Counted from the first letter of the stretch, positions 12,849-24,722 are shown. The stretch is DNA of 64,000 bases from Eledone cirrhosa (GCA_964016885.1 OZ024741.1:235786001-235850000), one strand, 5' to 3'. Notes: generated from the letters alone by a model not told the origin. Program-made: numbers and translations.

Positions 12849-13273
12849 ATACACAGAAGGTAAGAATATACATACACACACATATATATATATATACACA
12901 TACGCCATCCACACATACGCGTGCACACACACACATATATATATACACCCAATAAAGTAGATTATTAAAGTTTGAAAACAAAAGTTAAACCCTGTCTCAA
13001 CTGCAGCAGCTCAGCAGAGCAGAGTTTATCCTGGTTTCATTGCCATTAAATGACTGGCAGTTTAAGATTTTTTCCCTGGGCAGGATGCCTGTCCATCATG
13101 GGGTTTAATTCTCCAGCTGCTTCTGGCACTCATTTTGAGATGAGTTGATTGGAATAATGTGAAATGAAATGTTTTGCTCAAGAATATGTGCCATCTGGTC
13201 CAGGAATTTGAATCCACAGTATTATGATTATAAGCTGAATACTCTAATCACTAGGGCATGCACCTTCACATTG

Positions 13274-13324
<51 letters not shown>

Positions 13325-13384
13325 TATATATATACATACATACATACACACACATATATATATATATATACATACATACATACA

Positions 13385-13578
13385 CCCAGTACACACTGTA
13401 AATGTGGTTGGTATTAAGAATGGCACCCAGCCGTAGAAACCTAGCCAAAAGCGCTCCAGCGTGAGCAAGACATGGTCATCTGATCTGGTTTGGCTCACAT
13501 CTGGACAACTCATGTAACCAATGGTAGCATGAAAAAATGGACGCTAAACAATGATGATGATGATGATGATGATGATGA
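13385..13578 (+). mobile_element. Family-B SINE / RTE 3' end
   Basis: CACACTGTAAATGTGGTTGGTATTAAGAATGGCACCCAGCCGTAGAAAC..GCATGAAAAAATGGACGCTAAACAAT(GAT)n; same tail as the RTE at 27560-27738. Confidence 0.75.
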
Positions 13579-13770
13579 TACATACACATACATGCACACA
13601 TATATGATTTCTTTTGAATGAAACAGTTCTAGTCCTGTAGAAGCCATGTCTATATTAAACTTTACGTTTACACTCTACTAATGTATTGAGTACCTTACTA
13701 ACTGTGGTTACTCCCGATTGAACCTGGGGCTCACATATATGGAATATATATATATAGAAATATGGGATAT

Positions 13771-13827
<57 letters not shown>

Positions 13828-13840
13828 TATATATATATAA

Positions 13841-13889
<49 letters not shown>

Positions 13890-13891
<2 letters not shown>

Positions 13892-14090
13892 CAAGATGAA
13901 AAACAAGATGGCGTAGGACAGAACAAAGGAGAGGCACAAAACAAAGAAAAGAATCCCCAGTCACTGAAGAGGTCACAGAGTATATGAACAACCAACCAAC
14001 CGGAAATTTATAAATTTTTAAATTGGAGTGAAAGCAACTGGTGTGTGTGTTTCTTATTGGCAACATGACCCTCCCAAAGTATAACAATAT
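13890..14090 (+). mobile_element. Penelope-like (pseudo-LTR-type) fragment inserted in (TA)n, with a truncated hammerhead half
   Basis: Homologous to 22228-22445 (AAAACAAGATGG..GACAGAACAAAG..AGTCACTGAxGAGGTCACAGA..GGTGTGTG..TTATTGGCA.CAT.ACCCT.CCAAAGTATAA). The GAAA half of the ribozyme is deleted in this copy. Confidence 0.55.
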
Positions 14091-14107
14091 ATATATACAC
14101 ACACACA

Positions 14108-14142
<35 letters not shown>

Positions 14143-14214
14143 TATTTTTATCTAAAGACATCTTTTCCAATTCCAACCCGCCCGTCCTCTCAATCTATCT
14201 TATTTCTTATTCTT

Positions 14215-14250
14215 TCTTCTGATGAAGGACTAGTGTCCGAAACGTTAAGA
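14215..14250 (+). ncRNA. Minimal type I hammerhead ribozyme motif (Penelope-type)
   Basis: TCTT-CTGATGA-A-GGAC tagt GTCC-GAAAC-GTT-AAGA: complete core, 4-bp stem I, 4-bp stem II, palindromic loopless stem III (AACGTT). Confidence 0.75.
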
Positions 14251-14354
14251 CCCTCTTCCTGCTATATCAAGCATTAACCTAATATATCCCTTCCATATAC
14301 TGTACCAATTGTGTTGTTATTTCTGTTTACCTTTTATATACATACACACACACA

Positions 14355-14502
14355 CATCACCATCATTTTACGTCCGCTTTTCCCTGCTTTGCAAGGGTCG
14401 GATGGGTCCTATTCAGCACAGCATCTCTCCACTTGTCACGGTCCTTCGTCATCTCCTCGGTGAGTTTCAGCGATCTGAGGACTGCTCTCACCACCTCCGC
14501 CA
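14355..14502 (-). mobile_element. 3' end of a second RTE family
   Basis: Translates AEVVRAVLRSLKLTEEMTKDRDKWRDAVLNRTHPTLA plus a (GAT) tail; near-identical to 29960-30197. Confidence 0.8.
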
Positions 14503-14944
14503 CGCACACACATATATATATATATATATATAAATGGTGAAATAGAAAGGAAGGGGTCATATATATATATATCATCATCATCGTTTAACGTCCATCTTCC
14601 ACGCTTGCATGGGTTTGATATGACCCCTTCCTTTCCATTTCACCATTTGCTGATGTTAATCAACAGTAGATGTTGATTTTTTGCTACATGAAATGGTACC
14701 ATATAGGACTTGTAAAAATTTAGTGGCTATGAAAATATAATACTTATTCTATTTTATGTTTTTTAACCTAATTAGAATGTTCACTGCAAAATATTAGCTA
14801 TGTGGTTTCCTATGATATTGACTGTGTACAACGCTCTGAGGTCTTGAATTTTTAGCTTTTATTTTCTCATAGAGCCGCATGATCATTATATATTATATAT
14901 CAGTCTCTTTTGATATATATGTGTGTGTGTATATATATATATAT

Positions 14945-15557
14945 AGCCAAAGTCAGCTTTGGAGTTCCACAAGACACTGTGTTTAGCCCACTTCTTTTCA
15001 TTATATACATAAATGACATTATAGACATCATCAAGCACAGCAATTTAAGAACTTTCGCAGACGATTCCAAGCTCCAGCACACTCAGCAGGCAAAAATGAG
15101 TTGCACCTGTAATTCAGGGCGCCAGATATGTCACACGCTGTGGTCAAGCTGGAGTGGGAGACCGATCTAGAGAAATTTACACCATGCTCCTACTTTACTC
15201 TACCTTTGCGTGGCCCCACCTTGAATACTGTTGTCTACTGTGTTTTCCTCACACGAAACCAAGTATTATGATAATTGAAGCACTCTAGAGCACAATTACA
15301 TAAAATATAGATGGTACATGCCACCATGAGCACTACATCATCTGTATAATGTGGAAAATGTTCCATCAATATTGCTCAAAAGATGTTGTCTCCGTGTTAA
15401 ACGTTCACTACAAAAATCAAACTCACATCTCATACCAGCCACACAACACAACTACTTCACCTCAACTAGCCCTTTAATATCATACTGAAATCATCAAGAC
15501 AGAACCAGATCCCATAATATTTTAAAGTTTCCTGGACAAATTCCTTCAAGAAATCCT
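14945..15557 (+). mobile_element. Decayed CR1/L2-group LINE RT and C-terminal fragment, interrupted by a short SINE-like insert
   Basis: GVPQDTVFSPLLFIIYIND..FADDSKL. The downstream part is homologous to 25106-25837. The insert at ~15078-15150 matches 17878-17960. Confidence 0.8.
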
Positions 15558-16402
15558 GGTGGTAGCACTAAGACAGCATTTAAGCATAATAGAGGTATAT
15601 ATGAAAACATATATGGCAACTCTATATATATTCATGGAGAAAAATATTAAATATAACAAGCCCTGTAAACAAATGAACAAAAAAACATTAAATATAACAT
15701 GCACTGTAAACAAATGAACATTTCCAGCAGCGGTTTTCTATTTGCTATATGCAAGTGAGCATATTCAGCAAGAGATCATCACGCAAAATTCCATATAGAC
15801 TATAGTCTATTTCAGGCCAGTACGTTTTAAGTGAGTGCCACTTATGAAAGATTAACAAATCTTGAAACAGCACTGTTTAATATTCTCAAAACATAATACT
15901 TTCTTTATTATTTTTTTTATCATTATTTATTTTTTTTTTATTTATTTTTATATTTTATTTCTCAAAACATAATGGCAACTCTATGATATATTCATAGAGA
16001 GAAATAGAGAAAAATAATATTTTTTTGTTTCGTTTCGTTACGAAAAAATATATTTCTTCAGCAGCAAGCCTACTCATATCTTTATTGTATTTAAACGTAT
16101 AATAATAATAATAATAAAATTATTGTGTACAGTGCTCAGGTGCACTACAACTCATCAAAGGTGCATGCATAGTACATAGAATATTGTACAAATGTCAGGA
16201 AAATGAACAGTGTATGAGTCCTGAAATACATGTGTGCGTGTGTATGAAGGGGGGTATCAGGTGAGTGTTGGTGAATCTCAGGAAGCATGGAGGTTTTAAA
16301 GGATGCAGTGTCTCAACAGCTAATAACTGATGCAGGTAGTTTGTTCCATGTTTTCCTATATACCTCTATTATGCTTAAACGCTCTCGCAGTGCTACTGCC
16401 AA
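15558..16402. mobile_element. Non-autonomous DNA transposon with ~50-bp terminal inverted repeats
   Basis: GGTGGTAGCACTAAGACAGCATTTAAGCATAATAGAGGTATATATGAAAACAT versus the reverse complement of ATGTTTTCCTATATACCTCTATTATGCTTAAACGCTCTCGCAGTGCTACTGCC. Confidence 0.65.
16100..16350 (-). mobile_element. 3' end of an L2/CR1-group LINE nested in the TIR element
   Basis: Minus strand WNKLPASVISC*DTASFKTSMLPEIHQH, then a 3' UTR ending in (TTA)n. Confidence 0.7.
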
Positions 16403-16634
16403 TTAAATATCTCTATATATGTGTGTGAGCAGTACAACTTCCCAACACCCCACCACTGCTTTCAGAAAAGTCTTACTATCTACACTCCTTACAACCGTTT
16501 CCCACCGCCGGCAAGCATTTCCACTAAGCCAACAAGATTAAATCAAGGGCAGTAATTCGTTATTCAATGAGTTATCTACCTTGGTTAAATGTTCTCAACT
16601 TTACTACGACAGCTGCTGTTTGAGGTGCCGAAAT

Positions 16635-18180
16635 ATAGTGGTAATGTAGTGACTACATTTAGTGGTGTTGTAGTGGGTATCATACTTACGTTGTAATGAT
16701 TATATATAGTGGTATTGTAATGGTTATATATAGTGGTATTGTAGAGGTCATATATAGTGGTGTAGTGGTGATTTGGTGAATATATATAGTGGTGTAGTAG
16801 TAATTATATATAGTGTTGTTGTGGTGATTATATATAGTGGTGTAGTAGTGATTATATATAGTGGTGTAGTGGTGATTATATATAGTGGTTTAGTAGTGAT
16901 TATATATAGTGGTGTAGTGGTGATTATATATAGTGGTGTAGTGGTGGTTATATATAGTGGTGTTGTAGTAATTATATATAGTGGTGTAGTGGTGGTTATA
17001 TATAGTGGTGTTGTAGTAATTATATATAGTGGTGTAGTGGTGGTTATATATAGTGGTGTAGTGGTGGTTATATATAGTGGTGTTGTAGTGGTTATATATA
17101 GTGGTGTTGTAGTAATTATATATAGTGGTGTAGTAGTAATTATATATAGTGGTGTAGTAATAATTATATATAGTGGTGTTGTAGTAATTATATATAGTGG
17201 TGTTGTAGTAATTATATATAGTGGTGTAGTAATAATTATATATAGTGGTGTAGTGGTGGTTATATATAGTGGTGTAGTAGTGATTATATATAGTGGTGTA
17301 GTGGTGATTATATATAGTGGTGTAGTAGTGATTATATATAGTGGTGTAGTGGTGATTATATATAGTGGTGTAGTAGTGATTATATATAGTGGTGTAGTGG
17401 TGATTATATATAGTGGTGTAGTGGTGGTTATATATAGTGGTGTTGTAGTAATTATATATAGTGGTGTTGTAGTAATTATATATAGTGGTGTTGTAGTAAT
17501 TATATATAGTAGTGTAGTGGTGGTTATATATAGTGGTGTTGTAGTGGTTATATATAGTGGTGTTGTAGTGGTGGTTATATATAGTGGTGTAGTGGTGGTT
17601 ATATATAGTGGTGTAGTGGTGGTTATATATAGTGGTGTTGTAGTGATTATATATAGTGGTGTAGTGGTGGTTATATATAGTGGTGTAGTGGTGGTTATAT
17701 ATAGTGGTGTAGTGGTGGTTATATATAGTGGTGTTGTAGTGATTATATATAGTGGTGTAGTAATAATTATATATAGTGGTGTAGTGGTGGTTATATATAG
17801 TGGTGTAGTGGTGGTTATATATAGTGGTGTAGTGGTGGTTATATATAGTGGTTGTATAATAGCTTTATATTACTCCAGCCCACTCAGCAGGCAAAAATGA
17901 GTTGCACCTATAATTCAGGGGGCCAGCCATGTCAAACGCTGTGGTCATGCTGAATCTCCCTGAGAACAACGTTAAGGGTGAATATGTCTATGGAATGCTC
18001 AGACACTTATACATTCATTTAACAAACAGGAAGTTCCATGGATTGAATCAACTAGAGCACTTGGCTATATAGAGTGGTATTGTAGTGGCTATATATAGTG
18101 GTGTTGTAATGGCTATGTATTATGGTATTGTTGTGGCTATATATTGTGTTGTAGTAGTTATATATAGTGGTATGGTTGTG
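16635..18180. repeat. 24-bp minisatellite (TATATATAGTGGTGTAGTGGTGAT), about 45 homogeneous units with degenerate flanks
   Basis: Directly visible; homogeneous from ~16780 to 17850, with degenerate units at 16635-16780 and 18065-18180 beyond a SINE-like insert at ~17860-18060. Confidence 0.95.
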
Positions 18181-18576
18181 GCACCAAATTGTCCATCTAG
18201 CAGGGTGTTACCAGCATGAGAACTATACAAGGTGAACTGGGTGCTTTTCTTGTGTCACAAGTTCGACTGTTTGGTTTGTTTTTCTTGTGTCACCAGCACG
18301 ATGACTTTTTGTCATGGCAGTGGCATTATGGGAGAGCAAATGTGGAGCGTATCCAGCTTTTCATGTTTGTATGCAGGGGTTGGACAGGAGAGGTGCATCA
18401 TGGGTAAGGAAGGTGGGCGTTGTGGGAACGAGTATGCAAGTTGGACATGGATGAGGTGAGTGGGGCTAATTAAGATTGGTATAGGGGAATGGTGGAAGGT
18501 GAGGGGGAAGATTGGTGCAGACTAGTGCCTCCTCTCTCTCTCTACACACACATATGTGTGTGTATGTATATATAAA

Positions 18577-19983
18577 TATCATCATCATCATCGTCGGTTA
18601 ACATCTATCTTCCACGCTAGCATGGGTTTAGACGGGAATTGTCCCACATGAGGCAAGATTGGTTGTCTTGCTCGTATAGGACTGTCTGGCGGGTTTTCTA
18701 CGGCTGGATGCCCTTCCTAACACCAACCTCGTTTACAGTGTGGACTGGGAGGTTTTTACCGTGTTACCTACATGATTACATTACAGCGTGGACTGCGTTT
18801 TTTTTTGTCGTGATACCTACACAACCTCATTTATTTAGGACTGGATGTTGTGGTACCAACATAACTTTAAAGAGAAAGGGGTGGTGTATATGGGGGTAGG
18901 GGTAGTGGTGTATATGGGGTGTATTTTTGGCTAGGAGGTGCCTACTGATTGTAGGTTTCGCTTTGTACTTAGGCAAGGCGGGTCTTCTGTATTACTGCGT
19001 AGCGCCAAAGATCTCGGTCCAGTGACATTATCTTGGAGCGGTGTAAGTGTGCAAGGTCGGAATTTATCAAATCGTCCCAGGTTTTACTGGGTCTGCCTAC
19101 TTCGTAGCTTCCATTTATTTTGATCGCCCTGCACTTTCTTATACAGCTGTCGTCTTTCATGCGCATCACATGACCGTACCAACGTAGTCTTCTCTCGAGT
19201 AAACAGCATCTGATCCCTCTTATTCCTCACTTAGTTCATTTATGCTTTGCCGTTCACGTATATTACTATTACACATCCGACAGAGCATGCAAGCTTCGTT
19301 CCTCTCCAGCCTGCGCAGATCCTCTGCACACAATGTCTCACTGCCATGTAACATTGCTGTTCGTATGCAGGCATCATACAGTCTGCCTTTCATTTTTAGG
19401 GAGAAACCTTTAGTAGTCAATAGTGGTATAAGCTCTCTGAACTTCTTCCATCCCGTTCTGACTCTATCTACAGTACTTTCAGAGCACCCTCCACCACCAC
19501 TGCTGATTTTGTCACCCAGGTAACGGAAGGTGTCCACTCTTTCTATAGAACCATCTGGGCAATGGAAGGAGCTAGTATCCTTTGGGCACTTGCTACTACT
19601 TATTGCACCTGAGCACCGGCAACATATAAAATCTATGTTCTTAGTTAGTTTACCTGTGATCCCACTACATCTTTTATGCACCCATACTTTGCATTTGGGG
19701 CATAAGATGGAGTTTCTGCCTACTCCTTTCCTACACACTGGGCATGGCCATTTCCCAGAGGGGACCAGTGCCCTATTTTCCTTCCTACATACTAGAACTT
19801 TAGTCTTAGACAAGTTAATTTTAAGGCCTTTTGATTCTAGGCCTTGCTTCCAAGTTTGAAATTTCTTCTCTAGTTCAGCCATTGATTCAGCTATGAGCGT
19901 TAGATCATCTGCATATAGGAGTTCCCATGGGCAGCCGGTCTTGAACTCCTCTGTTATAGCCTGAAGGGCAATAATAAATAAGA
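18577..19983 (-). mobile_element. 5'-truncated RTE-clade LINE (RT with embedded PHD finger, 3' UTR, (GAT)n tail)
   Basis: LLFII..WELLYADDL, GLKINLSKTK, C4HC3 finger, FRYLG, MLHGSET, GRP.KTW; frameshifted near 19220; tail (CAT)n on plus at ~18577. Confidence 0.92.
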
Positions 19984-20697
19984 GTATATATATATAAACA
20001 TAGTTCTCCTTTTCGGGTAGTGTTTTCAATGCTCAGAGAGTGGGATTGATCGAGTGCAAAGCCTTTCCCAACTTAAAAAACCTTTAAAGCACAGGCATTG
20101 CTTGTTTAGGATATGTTATAGGTTCGTGTGGCTGGCCGTAGCCTAAAAGTGCACCAAACTCTATAATCTGACAAGCGATTGCAATACTCTTAGCAGAGTT
20201 TGCAGCCATCACACACACACATACACACATATAAATATATACATATATTAGTTATCTTCAATACGTGAGATCCCGTTAGGTGAGAGTGTGTAACCCTAAG
20301 TCTTAACTATGCGTTTCATAATGCAGGGGGAATAACTCTTGCTAATATCATAGTTATTTAGGTATATTAAGGTGTGTTGTGGAGTCAAATGCTAATTATG
20401 TGTGTATATGCTCGCGTGAGTATGCCGTTATGCGTATCTTGGTGTGAAGTTCTCTCAGGTGTTTGTAGGTTCGTGATACGACGGTGAAATTTGTTGTTAA
20501 GTGTACTTAACACCAGTGTGGTACGAAGGTGTATGGCTTATGTATAACATAAGTCAAAACATGTTCTCTTCAGATAAAATCCACAGGAGATGTAGATATC
20601 ATTTGATATGCAGGCGGTCATACGAGCTATTCAGTTCGATGACCGGCGAGCATATGCCTGGAAAAGACTTCGACAGAGAAGATGAGTGAGGTAGAAA

Positions 20698-20740
<43 letters not shown>

Positions 20741-20781
20741 CACATTAAAATAGATACCAAACACATTTTTACATTAAATGT

Positions 20782-20826
20782 TGATTTACGGAGGTTTCGT
20801 CCCCTTCATGGGACTTGTCAAATTCA
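20782..20826 (-). ncRNA. Hammerhead-like motif, U3-A8 core variant
   Basis: Minus strand TGAAT-TTGACAA-GTCCC atgaag GGGAC-GAAAC ctcc GTA-AATCA; stem I has one A-A mismatch. Confidence 0.5.
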
Positions 20827-21149
20827 GTTATCTAAGATTAAAAACCTCATTATAACCTCACCAAAACAATCAACAACCAGCAGCCAAAGAAATTGTTTAC
20901 ATCTAAAAATGTTAAATGATGCCATCATGCATGGCAAATCTATGCTGTCCAACTACAACAATATAACGTCAAACTAATCTAGCACATTACTATAAAAGCT
21001 TATGTTAAAAATTAATAGATGATAAATATAAAAAGAGAAATATAAACTTGATAAAAAATATTATAAAAGATAAGAAGGACAAAATAAAGACATATATGTA
21101 TATACACATACACACACATATTTACTGACAGCTCCTCTGTACAAGGTTT

Positions 21150-21785
21150 GCACTGCTCTCACAATTTCCTGAAGGATCACCAGATAATCGATTAAGGTAC
21201 TCTGTCAAAGGCCTATTCTAGATCAACAAAAGCTAAATATAATTGTTTCTACTTTGGCACCAGTCCAGCAATTACCCCAGTGTATTACTGGTACTTTATT
21301 TTATCGACCCCATAAGGATGAAAGGCAAAGTTAACCTTAGCGGAATTTGAACTCAGATCATGAAGGGCCGTAACTCTATGCTGCAAAGCATGGCGTCCAA
21401 CCCTCTACCGATACTGCCAAATCATATAATGGCTTATACTTGGCTAGGATCTTCCCTTGCAGTCGTTTCACTAAGAAGAGGGCATTTGTAATCTTTTCCC
21501 AAGTATAAAAGCGTATTGCATCTTGTCTAATTTGACTCTTTCTCTAATTTGCTGTGCTATAACTCTTTCTGTTACTCTCATATTTTGGTCCATGAGTTTT
21601 ATTTCTTTGTAGTTGCACCACCTTTTACCTTATAGCAATTTATGACTCCATCCTCTAGTACCTGATTGACTATCTGGGTTACTAGTCTGCCTCCTACTTT
21701 TTCTGATGCTTTTAGCATCTCAGCAACTATCTCTGACGGTTCCACAGCTTTACTATACTTCATCTCCTTGAATGCTTCTTTGACC
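21150..21785 (-). mobile_element. Decayed RTE RT N-terminal fragment, interrupted by a SINE
   Basis: KAVEPSEIVAEMLKAS, NCYK, ERVIAQ, then LAKYKPLY|SINE|LYLAFVDLE*AFDRVP. Confidence 0.8.
21244..21423 (-). mobile_element. Family-A SINE with 7-bp target-site duplication
   Basis: ATATAAT at 21237-21243 and 21424-21430. Removing the SINE and one TSD restores the RTE reading KPLYLAFVDLE. Confidence 0.85.
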
Positions 21786-21904
21786 CATATATATATACAT
21801 CTATTTATTACACACACATATATATATATATATGTGTTTATATATAAATATATACATATACATACATTATATATAAATACATACATTTAATATATATATA
21901 TATA

Positions 21905-22225
21905 TATGCTGAAAGCATCTGGGATGGTAGGACACACCATAACCACCCATATCGTAAACCAAGTAATACAAAATGAAGCCATACCCAATGACTGGCGAAG
22001 TAGCATTATCATCAACTGCTACATTGGCAAAGTTGATGTTCTAAACAGAGAGAACTACTGTGGCAGCAAGTCATAAAATTTACCAAGTCATAAAATTTAC
22101 AGAAAGAGTTATTATACAACTGATTGGGGATCAAATTAACGTATCACAGATTCCCTCTTCTTTGCGAGGCAACTGCAGAAGTACTTAGCTAAAAGCAAAC
22201 CCCTCTATTTGGCATTTGTTGATAC
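21905..22225 (+). mobile_element. Decayed RTE RT fragment, opposite orientation
   Basis: MLKASG..IVNQVI..IPNDWRSSIIINCY..RQLQKYLAKSKPLYLAFVD. Confidence 0.8.
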
Positions 22226-22227
22226 AC

Positions 22228-22445
22228 AACACACAAAAACAAGATGGAGTGTGACAGAACAAAGTTGAGACACAAAAAAAAAATAAAAACCTAGTCACTG
22301 AGGAGGTCACAGAATGTGTGGCGAAAGAGCTTTGAAAATATATAAACAACCTTCCGGTTATTTTTAATAAATTGAAGTAAAAACCAACAGGTGTGTGCGT
22401 TTTTATTGGCAGCATAACCCTTCCAAAGTATAAAGTATAACAATA
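22228..22445 (+). mobile_element. Penelope-like fragment carrying a minimal hammerhead motif at 22295-22335
   Basis: TCA-CTGAGGA-G-GTCAC agaatgt GTGGC-GAAAG ag CTT-TGA; paralog of 13890-14090; followed by (TA)n. Confidence 0.6.
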
Positions 22446-22654
22446 TATATATATATATATATATATAACGAAGGAGTTGTGGTAAGGAACCAGATGGACC
22501 ATAACGCACCAGAGTGGGTAATAGGAAAAAGTATTTAGTCCAGAAATAGCCATCGAAACGGCTTGAGCTCTGACATCGGGATCATACTTTTTCCTATATA
22601 TATATAGGGAAACGCCGTTATATATATATTGTTATATGTGTATATATATATACA

Positions 22655-24380
22655 TATTTCCTTGATGCCACAACACTCCACGAAGAAATGGCAACCATCA
22701 ACCACATAGACATAACGGAAGAAGATGTGATATAAGCCATAGATAAAATTAGAACAAACTCAGCTGCTGGACCTGATGGATTTCCAGTAGTCCTAAAAAT
22801 ATGTAAGTGTGCCTTAGCAAGACCACTGAAGATCCTCTTCAGAAGTTCTTTGTCTAGCAGTAAACTACCCAGAGAGCTAAAAGAAGGTACAACATGCACT
22901 ATCCAAAAAGGAGGAAACAGAGCGGAGACCAAAATCTACAGGCCAGTCTCCCTGACGTCACATATCAGAGGTCATGGAACGAATCATCAGAAAGAAACTG
23001 ATCACATTCCTCGAGGAAAATGACTGCCTGACTAGCACGCAGCATGGCTTCCGCCCAGGAATAAGCTGTCTTACACAGCTTTTACAACACTATGGCTGTG
23101 TACTGAAACAACTGCTGGACAGTTCACATGTGGACGTGATATATCTTGACTTTGTGAAGGTTGACCACAGAATGATATGTCACAAACTACACAGATTTGG
23201 CATAACTGGAAAAGTCGGTGAGTGGCTACATGATTTCTTAAAACACAGAAGTCAGACAGTTGCAGCCAATGGAGCCCTCTCAAAGGAAACATCAATAACA
23301 AGTGGGGTGTCCCAGGGCACAGTCTTGGGAGCACTACAGTTTTTGGTGGCTCTCTCAGACATACCCTCTATAGTACATACAACATCCTTCACCAGCTCTG
23401 CTGATGACAGAAAGGTAGCACAGGCAATCAAAAACATGGCTGATGCTGGCTGCCCTTTTACAACAAGATCTGGATGCCATATACAAATGGGCTGAGAACA
23501 ACAACATGCAGTTTAATGCTGGAAAATTTCAAACCCTACAAAATCAACTTGCTAACACAAAGACGGTACAACATAGCTACACTGGACAAGGAGGGATCGA
23601 AATCCCTGTGTCAAAATAGATATGAGACCTGGGGATAGACACGAGCAACGATGTATATTTTTCTTCACACATCATGGAGGTGGTGACAATGTGTAGACAA
23701 CTCGCTGGTTGAATCTTGAGGACTTGCCAGACAAGAGACCATGTTGATACCAAGGAGGACATTTGTCCTAAGTTGAATGAACTACTGCTCCCAACAGTGG
23801 TCACCCCATAGTATCAAACTAACCACGAAGCTTGAGGCAATCCAACGAAGCTACACCAAAGGATTGCCACAATGAAGGAGGAGGGCTACTGGGAGAGGCT
23901 AAATGAACAGAAACTCTACTCCTTGGAACGAAGACGGGAGAGATACGCAGTGAAATACATATGGAAAATCCTGGAGGGACTAGACCCAACTTTGGCATTG
24001 GGAGCTGGACCAACGCCTGAACAGGATGTCACAGTGTGGAACCAGAGATCCTGTCTTCCACATCTAGAATAAGGAACAGATATTGCAATAGCCTGGGGTT
24101 CAAAGGCCCTGAACTCTTCTTCAACAAGCTGCTAAGGGAATTGAGAGATCTGCATAATGTGAACGTGGATATTTTCAAGAAACAACTCAACACCCTGCAA
24201 TTCAAGATCCCGGATGAGCCCACAACACGGTACTACAGTAACCTAAGGGCAGCGGCAACGAACTCACTATTGCAACAATGGCCAAACAACACAGGCTGGA
24301 GATAGAATGTGTAGCAACAAGGGTGGTGCACCAGCATGGCCTCAGCCCGATAGTTGGTAGAGGTAAAAGAGTGAAAGAAT
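22655..24380 (+). mobile_element. 5'-truncated CR1-group LINE (RT through 3' end), multiply frameshifted
   Basis: SAAGPDGFP, YRPVSLTSH, QHGFRPG.SCLTQLL, DVIYLDF, GVSQGTVLG, SADD, YWERL..KLYSLERRRERY, GPELFFNKL..IPDEP. Confidence 0.92.
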
Positions 24381-24424
24381 ATATGTATAAATATATGTAT
24401 ATGTATATATATGTATATGTATAT

Positions 24425-24722
24425 ATCATCATCATCATCGTTTAAAGTCCATCTTCCATGCTAGCATGGGTTAGACAGGAGTTGTCCCACTTGACGCAAG
24501 ATTGGTAGGGTGACTGTGTCTCGCTCGTATAAGACTATCTGGCAGGTTTTCTATGGCTGGATGCCCTTCCTGACACCAACTACATTTACAGTGTGGACTG
24601 GGAACTTTTTACCGTGTTACGTACATGACCACATTACAGTGTGGACTGTGTGGTGTTTTTTTTGTCGTGACACCTACACGATCTCATTAGTTTAGACTGG
24701 ATGTTGTGGTACCAACATAACA
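24425..24722 (-). mobile_element. Isolated 3' UTR of the PHD-RTE family
   Basis: Near-identical to 18577-18865 and to the reverse complement of ~27435-27738. Confidence 0.85.

Noticed and set aside
16780-17850. CRISPR-like regularity
   Set aside because: Head-to-tail repeats with no unique spacers, no cas genes and a eukaryotic context.
23401-23415. CTGATGACAGAAAG
   Set aside because: It encodes the ADD motif of the CR1 RT, and there is no room for stem II.
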